Program-made: the position numbers and the translations under genes
Part shown: one piece after another, positions 47,776 to 60,525 of the stretch
How positions within the stretch are numbered: the first letter of the stretch is position 1
Layout of the letters: each line of letters opens with the position of its first letter
Assembly (NCBI GenBank): GCA_013239625.1
Contig: MU053934.1
Coordinates: 8,577,352 to 8,641,351 of the forward strand
Direction of reading: 5' to 3'
Origin: Lama guanicoe
Taxonomy: Eukaryota
DNA length: 64,000 nt
Notes under the pieces: model-generated
What the model saw: the letters and a program-made list of their open reading frames with translations, nothing else
The model's database searches: none
What the model was told of the DNA's origin: nothing

Positions 47776-50074
47776 CTGCAGGGGACAGAAAACAAAACCA
47801 AACCACCAGATCGTGGGGACCCCTCCTTGGCTGCCGTGACCCCGCCCCAGACGGGCTCCCCACGCTGGGCTCTGGGCTCCAGCCGGCCACGCCCAGCCAG
47901 AGGCAGAGCCAGGGACAGGTACGGGGGTGCAGGGGAGGGGACGGGCGGGTTGGCCGGGACAAAAGCCAGCAGAGGCTCTGCCCCACAGGTGGCCGCGGAG
48001 CCCATCCCGGGGCTGCGCCTGCCTCACTCAGGAAGGACGGTTAGGAATCTCTGACCGGGGCAAACGAGTAACAAAACTGACATCTGGCTGTCCCCGGCAT
48101 CTTCTTTCTTAGCCGGTTCTCGGGTCAGGTGGGGAAATGAGGGGTGTTACAGACTGGCCCCACTTCTTGGCATGTGGTCCAGGAACCCTGGCAACAGAGT
48201 GGCCTTGGCGCCCAAAGCATCATGTGTAGATGGAAGGTTCTGGTACATTCCAGAAGGTGGCTTTCATCCTGGGCTTTGGCAACCACAGGCCATGGGTTCA
48301 GACCTTGGTGGTTCGAGATGGCTTTGGCTGTGGCAAGAAGATTGTTCTAGACCTGGATGACAGACTGTAAACATTCTCTCATGTGGTAGGTCCGTGCTCA
48401 GGACCAAGGGAGAGACTCACAGAAGGGCTGCTCTGGGGGCGACATCTGTGTCCAGGGCTCAAGGTCACAGGGCTTTGTGTTGGCTCTGATTGCTAATCAG
48501 GTCACCTGTGGCCATGGCCACAGACTTCGGAGGTCACGGCTCTGCCCCAGAGCAGGGATGGCTCCGTCAGTGAGCACAGCAAAGGGAACAGGGCCCTTAC
48601 TGTACAGAGAACACGCCGTCTCCTTGGGGAGGTGGGGAAACAGCTCAGGGACACTCATACCAACGGTGCCCAGTGCTGGGGGCACTGTCTCAGGACACGC
48701 TTGCTCAGAAAATGGGGGAGGAGGTGAACGGCTATAAAGGTGTGCTCCCCGAGCAGGAGGCGAGCACCGGCGGGGACGGGTGCGGGCTAGGAAGCCGGGC
48801 GACGCAGGCACAGGGCAGTCGCAGGGCCGAGCCCTTCCTGCTCCGTGGACGCCCTCCTTCCCTCCCACTGAGCCCCAGCTTGTGAGCCACAGATTTGGGG
48901 CAACGGGCCCAGACTGACCAAGACCCCGGGGGAGGCGAGCGGGCGTTCTCCTGCCCCTCCTTAGGCCCTGCAGAGCTGGCGGCCCGGAACGTGCCAGCGC
49001 TGGCCTCTGCAGATGCGGCTCTGCTCCAGAGGGCTGCCCCGCTCTGCGGCCCTCAGGAAACGGCTTCCATCCTGGGGGAAGGTTCTAGGGCCTTTTTCCT
49101 AGGAAACCCCAGAGCATCTGGGAAAGGTCGCTGGCAGACGACGCCGAGCTGGCTTCTGGGAGGTGACATCTGGAGTTTAGCCTAGAATTTTGGACTTGAA
49201 TTTGCAAGATTTCATTCCGGATTCAGTTCCTCCCTGGGAATGTGAGGATGGGAGGGGCCAAGGTGCTCCCTGGAAGGCGTCCTTAAGTCCTGACAGTGCA
49301 TCACGGGCTGGAGTTGGTTACTCTCATCGCGTACCCCCCCCCCGCCCCGTAGGGCTGCAGTTGACCTTGGGGGGTGGTCTGGATGGGATTTGGATTGGGC
49401 GAGAGTTCCTTGGCGCCTACTTCAGTGCCCTATTTCCCCAGTTTCGGCTATCTGGGGAGCACACACGCTGCCCACCGTGAGGAAGCCGTGTTGGAGCCGG
49501 GGTGCCACCGTGTGAAGGGGACCCGGGCGCAGGGCCAGCCACAGAGGGTTGGGATACAAAGCTGGGCATGCCAGGCACCGTCTCTCAGGTTTCCGCACGG
49601 AGGGAATTCAGCTGGAGTTACGGCCGCTCCTCTCCCTCCTCCCACCCCGCTCCTCCCGCGCGGGAGAAGGAACCGGCCTCGCTCAGTCCCCTCTCTCTGA
49701 GCCTCGCAGCCTCTGCCTCTCCACATCAGGAGCATGGGCTGAGCTGGCCGGGCTCCACTGTCAGGCCTGAGTGGTCCCAGGAGGCCCAGGGGGAGCAGGG
49801 TCTGCCTGTGACCAGACCTCATGCCTGATCATGGGGGCCGTTGGGGAGAATCAGGGAGCCGGCCGCCCCCTGCCTCCAGGCCTTGCGCCCCACGGCAGCC
49901 CGTGGGAGGAACACACCGACATGCTGGTCTCCCGCATCTGGCTCTTACCTGATACTGAACTCAGGAGGTACAGAAAGAATTATTTGCTGTCACGCCGTGA
50001 ACGGCGATCCCAGGAGGGGCAAGTGAGGGAGCCCCCCGTCCCCCGCCCCGCCCCGCACAGCGCCAGGCCCTCAC

Positions 50075-50151
50075 CTCCGTCTCCAGGAGGCCGCTGTAGG
50101 CGGGGTTGGCCGTGCTCCTCCTCTTGCGCTCCTGGCGCTTGCTCTGGATTT
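50075..50151 (-). CDS. PHF21B: PHF21B coding exon ([26 protein letters not shown])
   Basis: 77 nt with AG/GT boundaries; conserved basic segment of PHF21A/B. Confidence 0.95.
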
Positions 50152-50395
50152 CTGAGGAGGCACAGGTGCAACCGTTACTGGACTCTTCCTGCCCCGGGGA
50201 ACCCCGCCCGCGGCCCCTGCAAACCCTGGGCGCCACCGTCCCCTCGCAGAGGGTGGGTCACACTCGGGCGCTGCCATCTGACCGGGAGTCCCAGCCCCGC
50301 TGCTCCTGTCTGACGCCAGCTCAGCAGACGGCCGCGCGCCCGAGCCCCCCGCCCCCCACGCCGGCCGGGCCCAGCCCCGCGGCCCCGGTCCTCAC

Positions 50396-50447
50396 CCTCC
50401 AAGTGCTCCGTCGTAACCAGGCCCAGAGCTACCATGAAGGCGATTTT
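50396..50447 (-). CDS. PHF21B: PHF21B coding exon (KIAFMVALGLVTTEHLE)
   Basis: 52 nt, ctcAG acceptor and GTgagg donor. Contains the conserved PHF21 FMV.LGLVT motif. Confidence 0.95.
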
Positions 50448-50554
50448 CTGAGGGAAGGAATCGGAGAAGGGTTAACGCGGCTTTTCTGTTTTGAGGTTCC
50501 TTAGTGTGCACCTGATGCCCCTTCTCCATCCCGGGACCCCACCCAGGACCCCCC

Positions 50555-50955
50555 ATCCCATCAGTCGTCCTGTCTCCTTAGGTCCTCGGGGCTGTGACGG
50601 TTTCTCAGACTTCCCTTGTTTTTGATGACCTTGGCCATCTGTGAGGAGTGCTGACCAGGACTCGTGCAGCACGCCCCTTGATTGGGGCCTGTCTGATGTT
50701 TTACTTGGGCTTAGACGGGGATGCTGGGTTTTGGGGGGAAGCCCACAGAGGTGAAGCGACCTTTCCATCTCATCCCATCGGGGCCCGTGCCTTGACCGTG
50801 GCCGATTGCTGTGACGTTGGCCCCCATCACCTGGCTGAGGTGTGGCGTCAGGCGTCTGTGCTGTGGAGTCACTCCCCGCCAACCCCGCCGTCCCCACTGT
50901 CCTCTTTGTCAGGAAGTCACTGTGCACTGATCACACTTAAGGAATTGGGGGGGTT
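50555..50955 (-). mobile_element. L1MC-type 3' end fragment
   Basis: tttctcagacttcccttgtttttgatgaccttg..atcacctggctgagg..ggaagtcact..cacacttaagga. Confidence 0.75.
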
Positions 50956-50999
50956 TTGGTGTTTTGTATTTTTGTTTTTGGTTTTTTTTTTTTGGTCAT

Positions 51000-52680
51000 G
51001 AAGACATTTTAAAAAGTTGTAGTAAAATTTATCAGTATTTTGTTTTGCAGTGTTTGGATTTTTCCATCTTAGCTAGAGACCAAGTTTAGAAAGCAAGTTG
51101 CTTATGTTTTTATTTTAGTATCTATGGTTTCACTTCTTTAATTTTTGATCCCTTTGGAATTCATCCTGGTCTTTATGGTGTCTGTGGAGTCATGTTATTC
51201 CATACAGCTACACATTTGTTCCAATACCACTTATTGAAAATTCCATCTATTTTTCATACTGACTTAAGGAGCTACCCTAATCATGCACTAAAATATCATA
51301 TATACACCCACACACACACATACACACTTGGGTCTGTTTTTTTTTTTGCTTCCTATTCTGTTCCTTAAATCTGCCTATATATTCGTGAGCTGTGGCCTCA
51401 CTTTTAGTATCAAGGCTTTACAGTAATATGATAGGATCAGAGTCCCTTCCTGCTTTTCCTGTTCAGAGCTTCCTCTTCTTGCTTATTTCTTCCTGTGAAA
51501 TTTAGAAACCATCTTAGGCCATTCTGAGAATGAGAGAATCAGTTGGTCTATTTACTGGGCTGATGTTAAAATGATAAGTTAACTTAAAGAATAATGACAG
51601 CTTAATAACATTACATCTTCGCGTCCAAAACCATGGGATGCCTCTGTTCTGTCTGTCTTCAGGAGTTGCAAACATCTCCTCAAACGGGCGTTGAATATTT
51701 TTACGTTCATTTTGAGGCATTCCATCCTTCTGCAGCGATCACAAACGGGGCCGTCTAGAAAGCATCCAGCAGGCTGCTACGTGTTTCTGTAGACTACTGA
51801 TGTTTGCATGTTAACATCACACCTGCAGCAACGCCAGGTTCTCAAGTGTCTGCGATACTTTCTCCATCAATTCTCTTGGGTTTCTACATCATCTCAAATA
51901 ACAACTGTCTACTCCTTTCCAATTTTTACTTCAATGCTGTTAAAAATAGTTCTCAATTTGTCAGCTTTAAATGATACTCTTTTGAGTCACTGAAAGTCCC
52001 AGCTCTACAGACGTGACAATCTGAGAGCTCACCCCTGCCACCTTCTCCCCATCCTTCCCTCTCCGTTCACGTAGATGAATCTTATACGTTGGTATTTACT
52101 GTAATCTTACACGTGTAATATTTACATTCTGTCCCGAAACCCTTATCCTGTTCCAGTTTTATTCTGTAGTTAAATACACACGATGTGCACCCAGCGTCGG
52201 TGCCGAACGTACCCCAATCGTCTAGTGGTTGACCAGGGTTGAGTTTCTAGCAGTGTTTTTGTGAATGGCTCATGGGAACAGCATTTCCTGAGTTCTTGGC
52301 GGATTTAAAATTCTTAGTCTGTCGCCTTTTAACGTGAAGGACAGCCTGGCTGGACTTAAGTCCCAGCTCTCTCGCCTTTCTTCCCGGTCTTGTCCACGCT
52401 GCCCTCCTGGGTTCTGGGGCAGATGTTGCCGTGGAAAAGTAAGATGCCAGCCCAGTTGTTCTTCCTCTAAAATGACTTGCTTATTTTCGTCTGGATGCCT
52501 ACAGGACCCTTTCGTTTCCATTAAAAGTGAGTGACTTGACTGGGCTGTGACCCAGTGATGACCATTCCCCCGGGTATAGGCACCAGCTTTCCCTGGGACC
52601 TGGTGGGTCCTTTCAGTATGGAAATGAAAGTCTTCTTTTATTTCAGTAAACTTTTCTTAAATTATATTTAAAAACACAGG
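51000..52680 (-). mobile_element. Highly diverged old L1 fragments
   Basis: T-rich L1-like motifs (ccaataccacttattgaaa, cctattctgttcc); boundaries approximate. Confidence 0.5.
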
Positions 52681-52770
52681 GAGGCATCACCACAGCATGA
52701 AAAGTGGGGCCCATAAAATCAGTCCGAGACGTGCGCGCACGTTGACATGGGACTCACAAAGGTGGTCGAG

Positions 52771-52915
52771 CAGGAGGGCCCAGCTCAGCGGTGGAGCACG
52801 TGCCTAACATGCACAGGGTCCTGGGCTCCATCCCCAGTACCTCCTCTAAAAATAAAACAGACAAATAAATACTTAACTACCTCCTCCCCAAAATAAAAAA
52901 AAAAAAGTTAAAAAA
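52771..52915 (+). mobile_element. tRNA-Ala-derived SINE (vic-1-like)
   Basis: cagctcagcggtggagcacgtgcctaacatgcac.gggtcctgggctccatccccagtacctcc plus the family tail; degenerate TSD tggtcgag / tgatcgag. Confidence 0.85.
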
Positions 52916-55019
52916 AAATGATCGAGGTGGCTGTAGAGCTGCTGAGACAAGGATTCTGGGGTCCAGCAAGCTTCAGCCAACAGATGCCAGCGCAGGCTGC
53001 AGTTTGGTGGCGCCTGGTTTCAGTGTCACTTCTGGGGGCCTGTGCTGGACCGGGCAGTGGCAGGGCTTCTGAGAATCCGCCAGGGCCAGCGCCCGCTTCA
53101 CTGGCCTGGTCTGGGAAGGCTGGTCTGGGCCAGTACCGGTGGACTCCTGGTTCTGCACGCAGCCTTCCCTCCGGCCCCTCCTCCGCAGATGTTAACTTCA
53201 GTCCACGCTCACGTGAGGCAGCAGGAGCAAACGTCCTAACGCGTTACAGCCACGTTCACGTTGTGGGGGGTTGTGGGAAAATCTCACTGTGTTTCTCCCT
53301 CTCCATCATCCCGGTTTTCTTTCTCAAAGCCTCCAATCATCCATCTGTTGAATCTTCTTTGCTTGCTTGTAGGTACACTTCCTAATATTTAATTCTTTCT
53401 TTTTGTTTTGTGTACCATTCTCACGCCTGCCTGTGTCCCTTACCAGGTCTTCTGCTGTGCCCAGGTGCCCCGTGCTCATCCAGTTACGTATTTATTTATG
53501 TGACGGTTTTATTATTTTCTCCTGAGAGCTTTCTGCTCACGTTTCTTTCTCTCCAGTACTGGGGCCCGTCAGCCACCTTCCCTTAGTCCCTGGGTTTCAG
53601 CATCGTGGCGCCTACTTAGCTGGTGATTATTTGATTGATTTCTTTCTTTCAATTCATAGTAACCTACTGGATTTTTGCAGGTAGTGAGGGTTCTTTATGT
53701 GTGGTAGGAATCGCCTCTCTTTCTCGTATGATTCCTTACAGTGAGTCCGTATTGACTCCATTCTTCACATACGGTGCCTCCGTGGGATTCTGTTTCACTA
53801 GCCGCCTTGTCCCCCGACAAGGTCCAGGAGGGCCTGTGGCCCCTTCCCTGCTCCTGAATGCCTCACAGGTCACAGCTGCGAACGTCTTCAGGAGGGACAT
53901 TTTTGCTCGTGCTTTCTGACATGTGCCAGCACCAGACACCCCCCTCTTCTGTGTGTTCTTTCTCCACACTCCCTCACGTGGCCCCAGCTTTCGCCTGACC
54001 CGGCCCCGTTTACCCTAACTGCGGCTCACAGACACTGCCTGCCCTTTGCACTTTCTGAACATGGACTTGTAATCCTCAGGCAGTATGTGTGGCTGACTCC
54101 TTCTGCAGCCTGCAGCCCCTTGGCCCTCGGAAAGGCCTCACCCACACAACTCAGGCGACTGCATTGTGTGTACACACACACATCTATATGTACACATATA
54201 CGTATATAATGTTTTACTTCTTTGCATCTCTGTGCTCTCTCTGGTAACATATTTTAAAGCACTAATTATCTTGGTTCAATGTAATAAGGTTTTTTTTTTT
54301 TTAGCCAATCATGGTGTTTTTTATTACCAGATTTTCAAGTAATTTTTATCCATCTGATGAATGTTTTATTTTCATGTTTCTTTTTGCTTCATTATGCCTT
54401 ATTTATTTCAAGTGCATGTTATTCCTTTATTTTTAACTTCCTGGAGTATCTGAAACATACACATTTCAAAGCCGTTGTTATGAGCCTCCCACAAAGTTAG
54501 CTTCATCCTGAGGAAATCTGTCCCCAGGGCTGGTTTTACTGAGTGTCCTTCTTAGCATCTCATTGTGTCACGTGTTTTAGGATTCTGTCTGCAGACGCAT
54601 ACGGAGCACCACTTCTTCTCTGTTTATTTTAGGTTTCCTTCCCTCTCCCTACGGCTTGCCCTCCCCTACAGCAAGTTTGCAAGCGCGGGGCCTCTCCCCG
54701 CCCAGGTGTGGCCCCAGGCACAGGCTGGCCTCCCTGCTCCTCTCCTGCTGGAGCTTTCAGGACCCACTGCCCCTCAGGAGCTGCCCTCTCTCCTGGTCAC
54801 CTTTGTCAGATTCTGAAGATGGAGGCCACGGCCTGGGGCACGGGTCCTTCTCACTGCTTGCGTTTCTAGGACACGGTGATGCTCAGCTGCATCTTACCGC
54901 TGTCTCTCCGTGCACTTATCTGTCATTGCTGTGGGTCCGCAGCAGGGAGGTCCAGTCCAAGTGCCACCCCGGGGGCGGGGGAGGGCTGCTCTGATGGATT
55001 TCAGGAAGGGAGGGGTGAC

Positions 55020-55482
55020 CAATAAAAAAAAGTCGAGGAAATCGTGCCATTTTTGACGATATGGATGAAACTTGAGGGCATTATGCTAAGTGAAATAAGT
55101 CAGAGAAAGATAAATACCCTATGATCTCACTTATGTATGGAATCTAAAAAAGAATGAACTCATAGCAACAGAGAACAGATTGGTGGTTGGCAGTGGCAGG
55201 GGGTGGGGTGTGGGGGAAATGGGTGAAGGTGGTCAAAAGATACAAATTTCCAGTTATACGCTAAACAAGTACTGTGCAGCATTGTGACTAGGGTTAACAA
55301 TTCTGTATTGTAAATTTAAAAAGTGCTCATCACACAAAAAATAACCACGTGAAGTGATGGCTGCGTTCACTACAATTACTGTGGCATTTTGCAACATACA
55401 CATGTATCTAATCATTACGCTGTACATCTTAAACTTACATAGTGTTATATGCCAATTATATCTCAATAAAGCTGGAAAAATT
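55020..55482 (+). mobile_element. L1MA-type 3' end
   Basis: atggatgaaacttgagggcattatgctaagtgaaataagtcaga..aattatatctcaataaagctggaaaaa. Confidence 0.88.
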
Positions 55483-58249
55483 TTTTAAACAAGAAGTGGA
55501 GGGGACTTGGTTATTTCTGAATTTTAGGAAGATCCTTCTAGCTGCAGGGGGCGCAGACAGGGAGGAACCCGTGTCGGGGCTGGGAGCCCAGGGACAGCCA
55601 GGGTGGGGCTGGGGCAGCAGGGACGGCGTGCAGGGAAGGAGCATCTGGGTGCACGGGTCTCGCCCCGAGAGGAGGCCGCGGCAAGGGTGGTGTCAGGGCT
55701 TGAACAGGGCTGAACTCCTGTGCCGGCCGCCCCTCTGCGGGGCACAGGTTAACCTGAGGGTAATCACCTTGGTCAGATGCTGCCCGAGGCCAGGACAGTG
55801 AGCAGCACAGAAGAGGCCAGGCTCTGTCCTAAAGAGGGCGGGGGGTTTGGGACAGAAGGGAGCCTCCAGGGCCCGGGCCAGGAGCCTGCGACGTGTCTGG
55901 ACTTAGTGCTCAGCCCGGCGACCAGGTACCCGGCTGGCCTCTCTGAGCCCGTCCACTCGTCTGTGAGCTGAACGCTGGCCTTCCCGCCGCGCCCACCTTG
56001 CAGAGCTGCCGCGAGGCCACGAGAGAGGGGAGAACGCACAGTGAGCGCGGAAGGCTCGCTCGGCAGAGAAGTGTGCTTCCTGCCCCGTGTCCCTCCGACG
56101 TCTTGGGCGGGCACTGTCCCATCGTGTGGCTGAGCCCAGCTCCCTGCTCATCTCACAGGCGGCCGTGAGCTCAGAAGATGCTGAATGTGTGCAGGGTGTG
56201 TGGGCACCAGGACCTCGCCAGCCACTGCCCCAGAAGCCACCGTTACAACCCAGCCCTACAAACACTAGCTAACATCTCTTTACCAAAATCGAAGCCCCAG
56301 CCCGTGACCCCTGAGCTTCCGACTGGCTCATCTGGGGAACTTCCTGGGACAGCTGCTGCTGTGGCCTCAAGTGCTTTGACATAGATTCTTCACGAACGGG
56401 TCCAAAGGCTGCCACAAGAAGTCGCGTCTGTGCCGCCCGACTGCTCCTGGCCCTCTTCTAAAAGCAACTTTAAGAAGGCCTTTTACAGCAGGACATGTTA
56501 TAATTGCAAGTTCTATTTAAGTCATTACACGTATTTACGCTAATTATGTAGTTAGATGCAATTATACTAATTGTATAAATGCACAATAATTGACTAAGAT
56601 ACACTTCGAAAGAACAAAGAGAATCCACCCAGAAACCCTTCCTGAATGTCAAGGGTGCGGCAAGCCCCGTGAGAGGACGGCAGGGTGCTCGTGGGCGCTT
56701 GAGCAGCGAGCTGGCCCCAGGCCCCACCATGCACACAGTAGGTGCTCATACGTTGCCACTGAATGGAACCAACGGTCTCTCTTGAGACAAAATTGGGCCT
56801 GGGGCCACAGAGGAGACGGGTTCCATTTCAGCCTCAGTGAGTGGGTGACTCTACAAATTCCCAGCGGGCTTTTAGGACCTATCAAAGGACGTTAATAACC
56901 AAGTCATTACCCAAGGAATTAAGTTCCATCTTGGCAGCCCACATGCAGGTCTTCCAGGGTCAGGCTCCGACGTCACTCTTTAACCCCGTGTCTAGAAATT
57001 CTCACACACACACACGCTACCCGAGATCCAAACAGACCAGACAGGCCAGCTGACCTTCTGGGGTGTGCGGAGTCCTTTTTCTCTTCCATGCGACGCCCGG
57101 GTGGTACCCTCCACCGGCCCTGCCATCACCCCGCCTCTTGTCCTTCTGCTGGACACCCTACCCGTCCCTCTGGTCCCTGTAATCATGCCTCTCCTCTGTA
57201 AAGCCTTGCGCGGTCCTTCCAGATAGAAACACAGCTCGCTCTCTCTGCCTGGATCTCCCACAGCTCAGAATTTGTAATTCTCTGATGACACCTGACTTTT
57301 TTTTAACCCAAATTCAAAGTCCTAGTGGCCATGCCTGTGTGTGCCAGTAGCTGTGGGCTTCCCTAGGGCCAGGACTGACCACATCAGCCCCATCTCCGTG
57401 TCCCCATCCTCAGCACAGAGCCTGGCATGGAGCAAAAGCATGCTGGATGGATGAATGGATGAATGATTTTTCTGGACAGCAGCACTTTGATAGAATTCTA
57501 AGGAGCTGGAGGAGCCCAGAGGGACCTCTTCTGCCTGCTGGGGGTGGGTGGTCAGGGAAGGCTGCCTGGAGGAGATGATTCCTGAAGGGAATCTTGCAAG
57601 ATAAACAAGGGTTTGGTAGGGAGAGAAAAGGGGGCTAGGCAGGGGCAATCAGATGGAAAAAGGCCCAGAGGGGGTTGATTTTGGCCCCGGGTGGCTGAGC
57701 ATAAACGCAGGAATATGAGGGTGTCACTTGCTGTGAACAAAAGTTCAACAAACAGCTTACTTTTAAGGCATTCGGGGTCCTGCTGTGCTGCCTTCAGAAG
57801 GGGGGCACGGGTGGGCAGAGAGAGGAGCAGGGCTGCTTTGGGACCACAGCACTGTCCCACGGACGGAGGGTCCTGAGGACAGGGATGGTGGTAACAGCAG
57901 GGCTGGGCCCTCTCCCCGCAGACACTGACTCAGGGAGACCTCCCAACAACGCGGCCAGGAAGGCAGACAGACTTACCCCTCCACCTCATAGATGAGGAAA
58001 TAGACCCCGTCTGCCGCCCCGCCCCCCAGTCTCACCACTGGCAGCAGGCAGCTCGAGGATGCAAAACCCAGGCAGTCTGGTCTAGAATCTGTGCTGACGC
58101 CGCCCCCCACGGCTGCTCAGCAAGCAAACGGAGCGCCCAGGGCCCCGGGCGGCTGCGCCCCGGGCTTGTCGCGCGATCCCAGAGTGAGGCCCGTCCCCAC
58201 CCCCTGCGCAGCCATGTCCTACGGCGGCCCCCAGCCCGCAGCCACCCAC

Positions 58250-58390
58250 CTCGGGGTTCTCCTGGCTCGGGGGCCGGTCCTCCTTCTTCTTTTTGGTGGC
58301 CTGAGCTCCCTGAGATGGCTCCTCCGTGGGCGGCCGCGACTCTGCTGTGCTCTCGGGCTGCGTCTGCACTTGAGGCTGAATGATGATGAC
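58250..58390 (-). CDS. PHF21B: PHF21B coding exon (VIIIQPQVQTQPESTAESRPPTEEPSQGAQATKKKKEDRPPSQENPE)
   Basis: ttccAG acceptor and GTgggt donor; 141 nt. An upstream alternative acceptor is possible (see findings). Confidence 0.92.
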
Positions 58391-59829
58391 CTGGAAGACG
58401 AGGCGGAGGGTGAGGGGGACGGGGCTGGAGGGCCCAGGGCGGGCGGGGCTGGGTGTGTCTGCCCCCAGAAGGGTGCGGGAGCTAGGATGGTGCTGGGATC
58501 CCAGAGGCAGGAGGAGGCCTGCACCCCCCCTCTAGTCCGGGGGTGCTCACTCTGAGGGGCTTTGGCGATCCTGGGGGCATGGAGAAGGGCGAGGGGAGTC
58601 AGGCCCACTCAGCACGGCGGAGAGCAGCCCTCCCCGGCAGTCCTCGCGGCGCCCACGCAGCGTTTGGTTGGACTGAAACGCCTGCAGCTGAGAAGTCAAA
58701 GATTGACTTCTGCTGGCTGGCCGCTCCCTGGGCCGGAATCTCCCCCTTGTGTGAATCAATTATTTATTTGGGGGGCAATGAATTGGGAAAGCATTGCTAT
58801 CTTTTTCATGGACCTGGGCAAAAGAATTCACCAGGAGCAGCCCTGGGTCTGGCTTCAGCCAGGAGTAGCTTGTTTTTTCGCCCTAAGAACATGTAGCGAC
58901 TTGTGAAGGTGAAACTCCTCAGCGGTCACAGGAAATGCACCCCATTTCTCTGCCGGCTGAGGGGGAAGTACTTTGTTCATCTTTGAATCATAATTTTGAA
59001 ACCCCAGAATTCTCTGGGTGGAAAAAAATGTTCTCTTTTTATATTTACAGAAAGAAAACATTAAGATCCCCAACAGAAAAAAAGGGGGAAGAATATCCTA
59101 AAATGAGTCACACAGGAGACAGGATTCTTGAAAAGTGCTGGGAAACCTTCGAGCTCAATACTAACCAATTCAGCTTTCAACAACCAGCATCTGTTTGCAT
59201 GGACTGAATGAGCAAAAAACCTTTCAAAATGACCACCCCGAATGCTAGTGAGGGTGCAGTGAAGCAGGCACACTCATCCCGCAGGCGTCTGCTAAGCGCC
59301 CGCTCTGGACCCGGTGCTGCTGACTGGCCCTCTGCTCCTCCCGGGACCTCGCCATGTGACCCTGGCCGGCGGTAACTCCTTCAGCGTGGAGAACCCCTGG
59401 GGACGCTGCCCACGAGTGGGAGCACAAAAGCATACTCCCAGAAATACACTGAGCGCAATACATGTGGCTGCGTGAAAGCAGCTGACACTCAGGCTAGCAG
59501 GTGGAAGGGACACCGGCCGTGAGCAAGAGTGGGACAGCCTGGTGGACCCTGAACTGAGAGTAGAGAAAGAAAGACCAAAGAGAGGAGATGGCATCGCCCA
59601 CGCGGCGCCAGAAGCCTCACACAGCCACCAAGGCGCTCGGAGGAAAGCAGGAAGGGTCTCAGCTCTAAATCTCGGCAAGAAATCACTGATTTTTCCATTC
59701 AGGCACCGGGGGTCCAAAAAAGTCCTGGCTGACATCCCTCCATCAGCGGGGACCAGGCTTCAGTACTGGGGCCTCGTCCAGGCACCCGCTTGGCCACACA
59801 CGTTATTAGTTAATTCACCATCCCAAAGA

Positions 59830-60125
59830 TAATTCATTCACCGACCAATCATTCTTCTTCCACGGGCATTAATTCATTCAGCTGCACATTCTGCCCATCA
59901 CACGCTCATTCGCTTGTACCCCCGTCACTCCCACACCGGTTCATTCCCCTGCTCACTCATTCAGTCGTTCACTGTCCCCTCCATTCATTCATTCATGCAC
60001 TGGTCCTTTCACTAGTTGCTCATTCACACTCCATTTATTTGCTCATCTGTTCACACTCCATTCATTCATTTGACCACCTGATGGTTCTGCCACCCGGTCA
60101 TTCATTCTGCCCGGGGCCTCATTCC
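59830..60125. repeat. Degenerate (CATT)n repeat cluster
   Basis: Many ttcattc/tcattca units, read directly. Confidence 0.8.
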
Positions 60126-60174
60126 TCTGGTCCTTCCCGGGCCAGTGCCTCCCATGGGTGTGGGCGCCCCTCAC

Positions 60175-60525
60175 CTTGTTGTCGGCACTGATGAGGAGGG
60201 GCTGGACTTTGATGCTGTCGCTGACCACGGACACGGCGGTGCTGGGGGCCATGGCGGCGGCATTGCTGGGGGCGGTGGAGATGATGGCGTAGGCCACACC
60301 GGCGCTGCTCAGTGGGGAGGTGATGGCAGCGGCCTCGGCCAGGGCCTGGGGCTGGCTGCTGGGCGTTGGCACATGGCTCACGGTGTTGTTGGCAGTGGGG
60401 AGGGCTGGGCTGGGGTTCTTGATGCTGACCACGGTGGCCTTCTGGAATGTTGGGGGCTGCTTGGGGGGCCGGTCCCGGCCTGGGGTGACGGGGAGGCTGT
60501 CTGGAATCAGAGTCTTTGGCCTAAC
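60175..60525 (-). CDS. PHF21B: PHF21B coding exon ([13 protein letters not shown]...[12 protein letters not shown])
   Basis: 351 nt with AG/GT boundaries; lies inside ORF 60043..60582; matches PHF21B. Confidence 0.95.
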
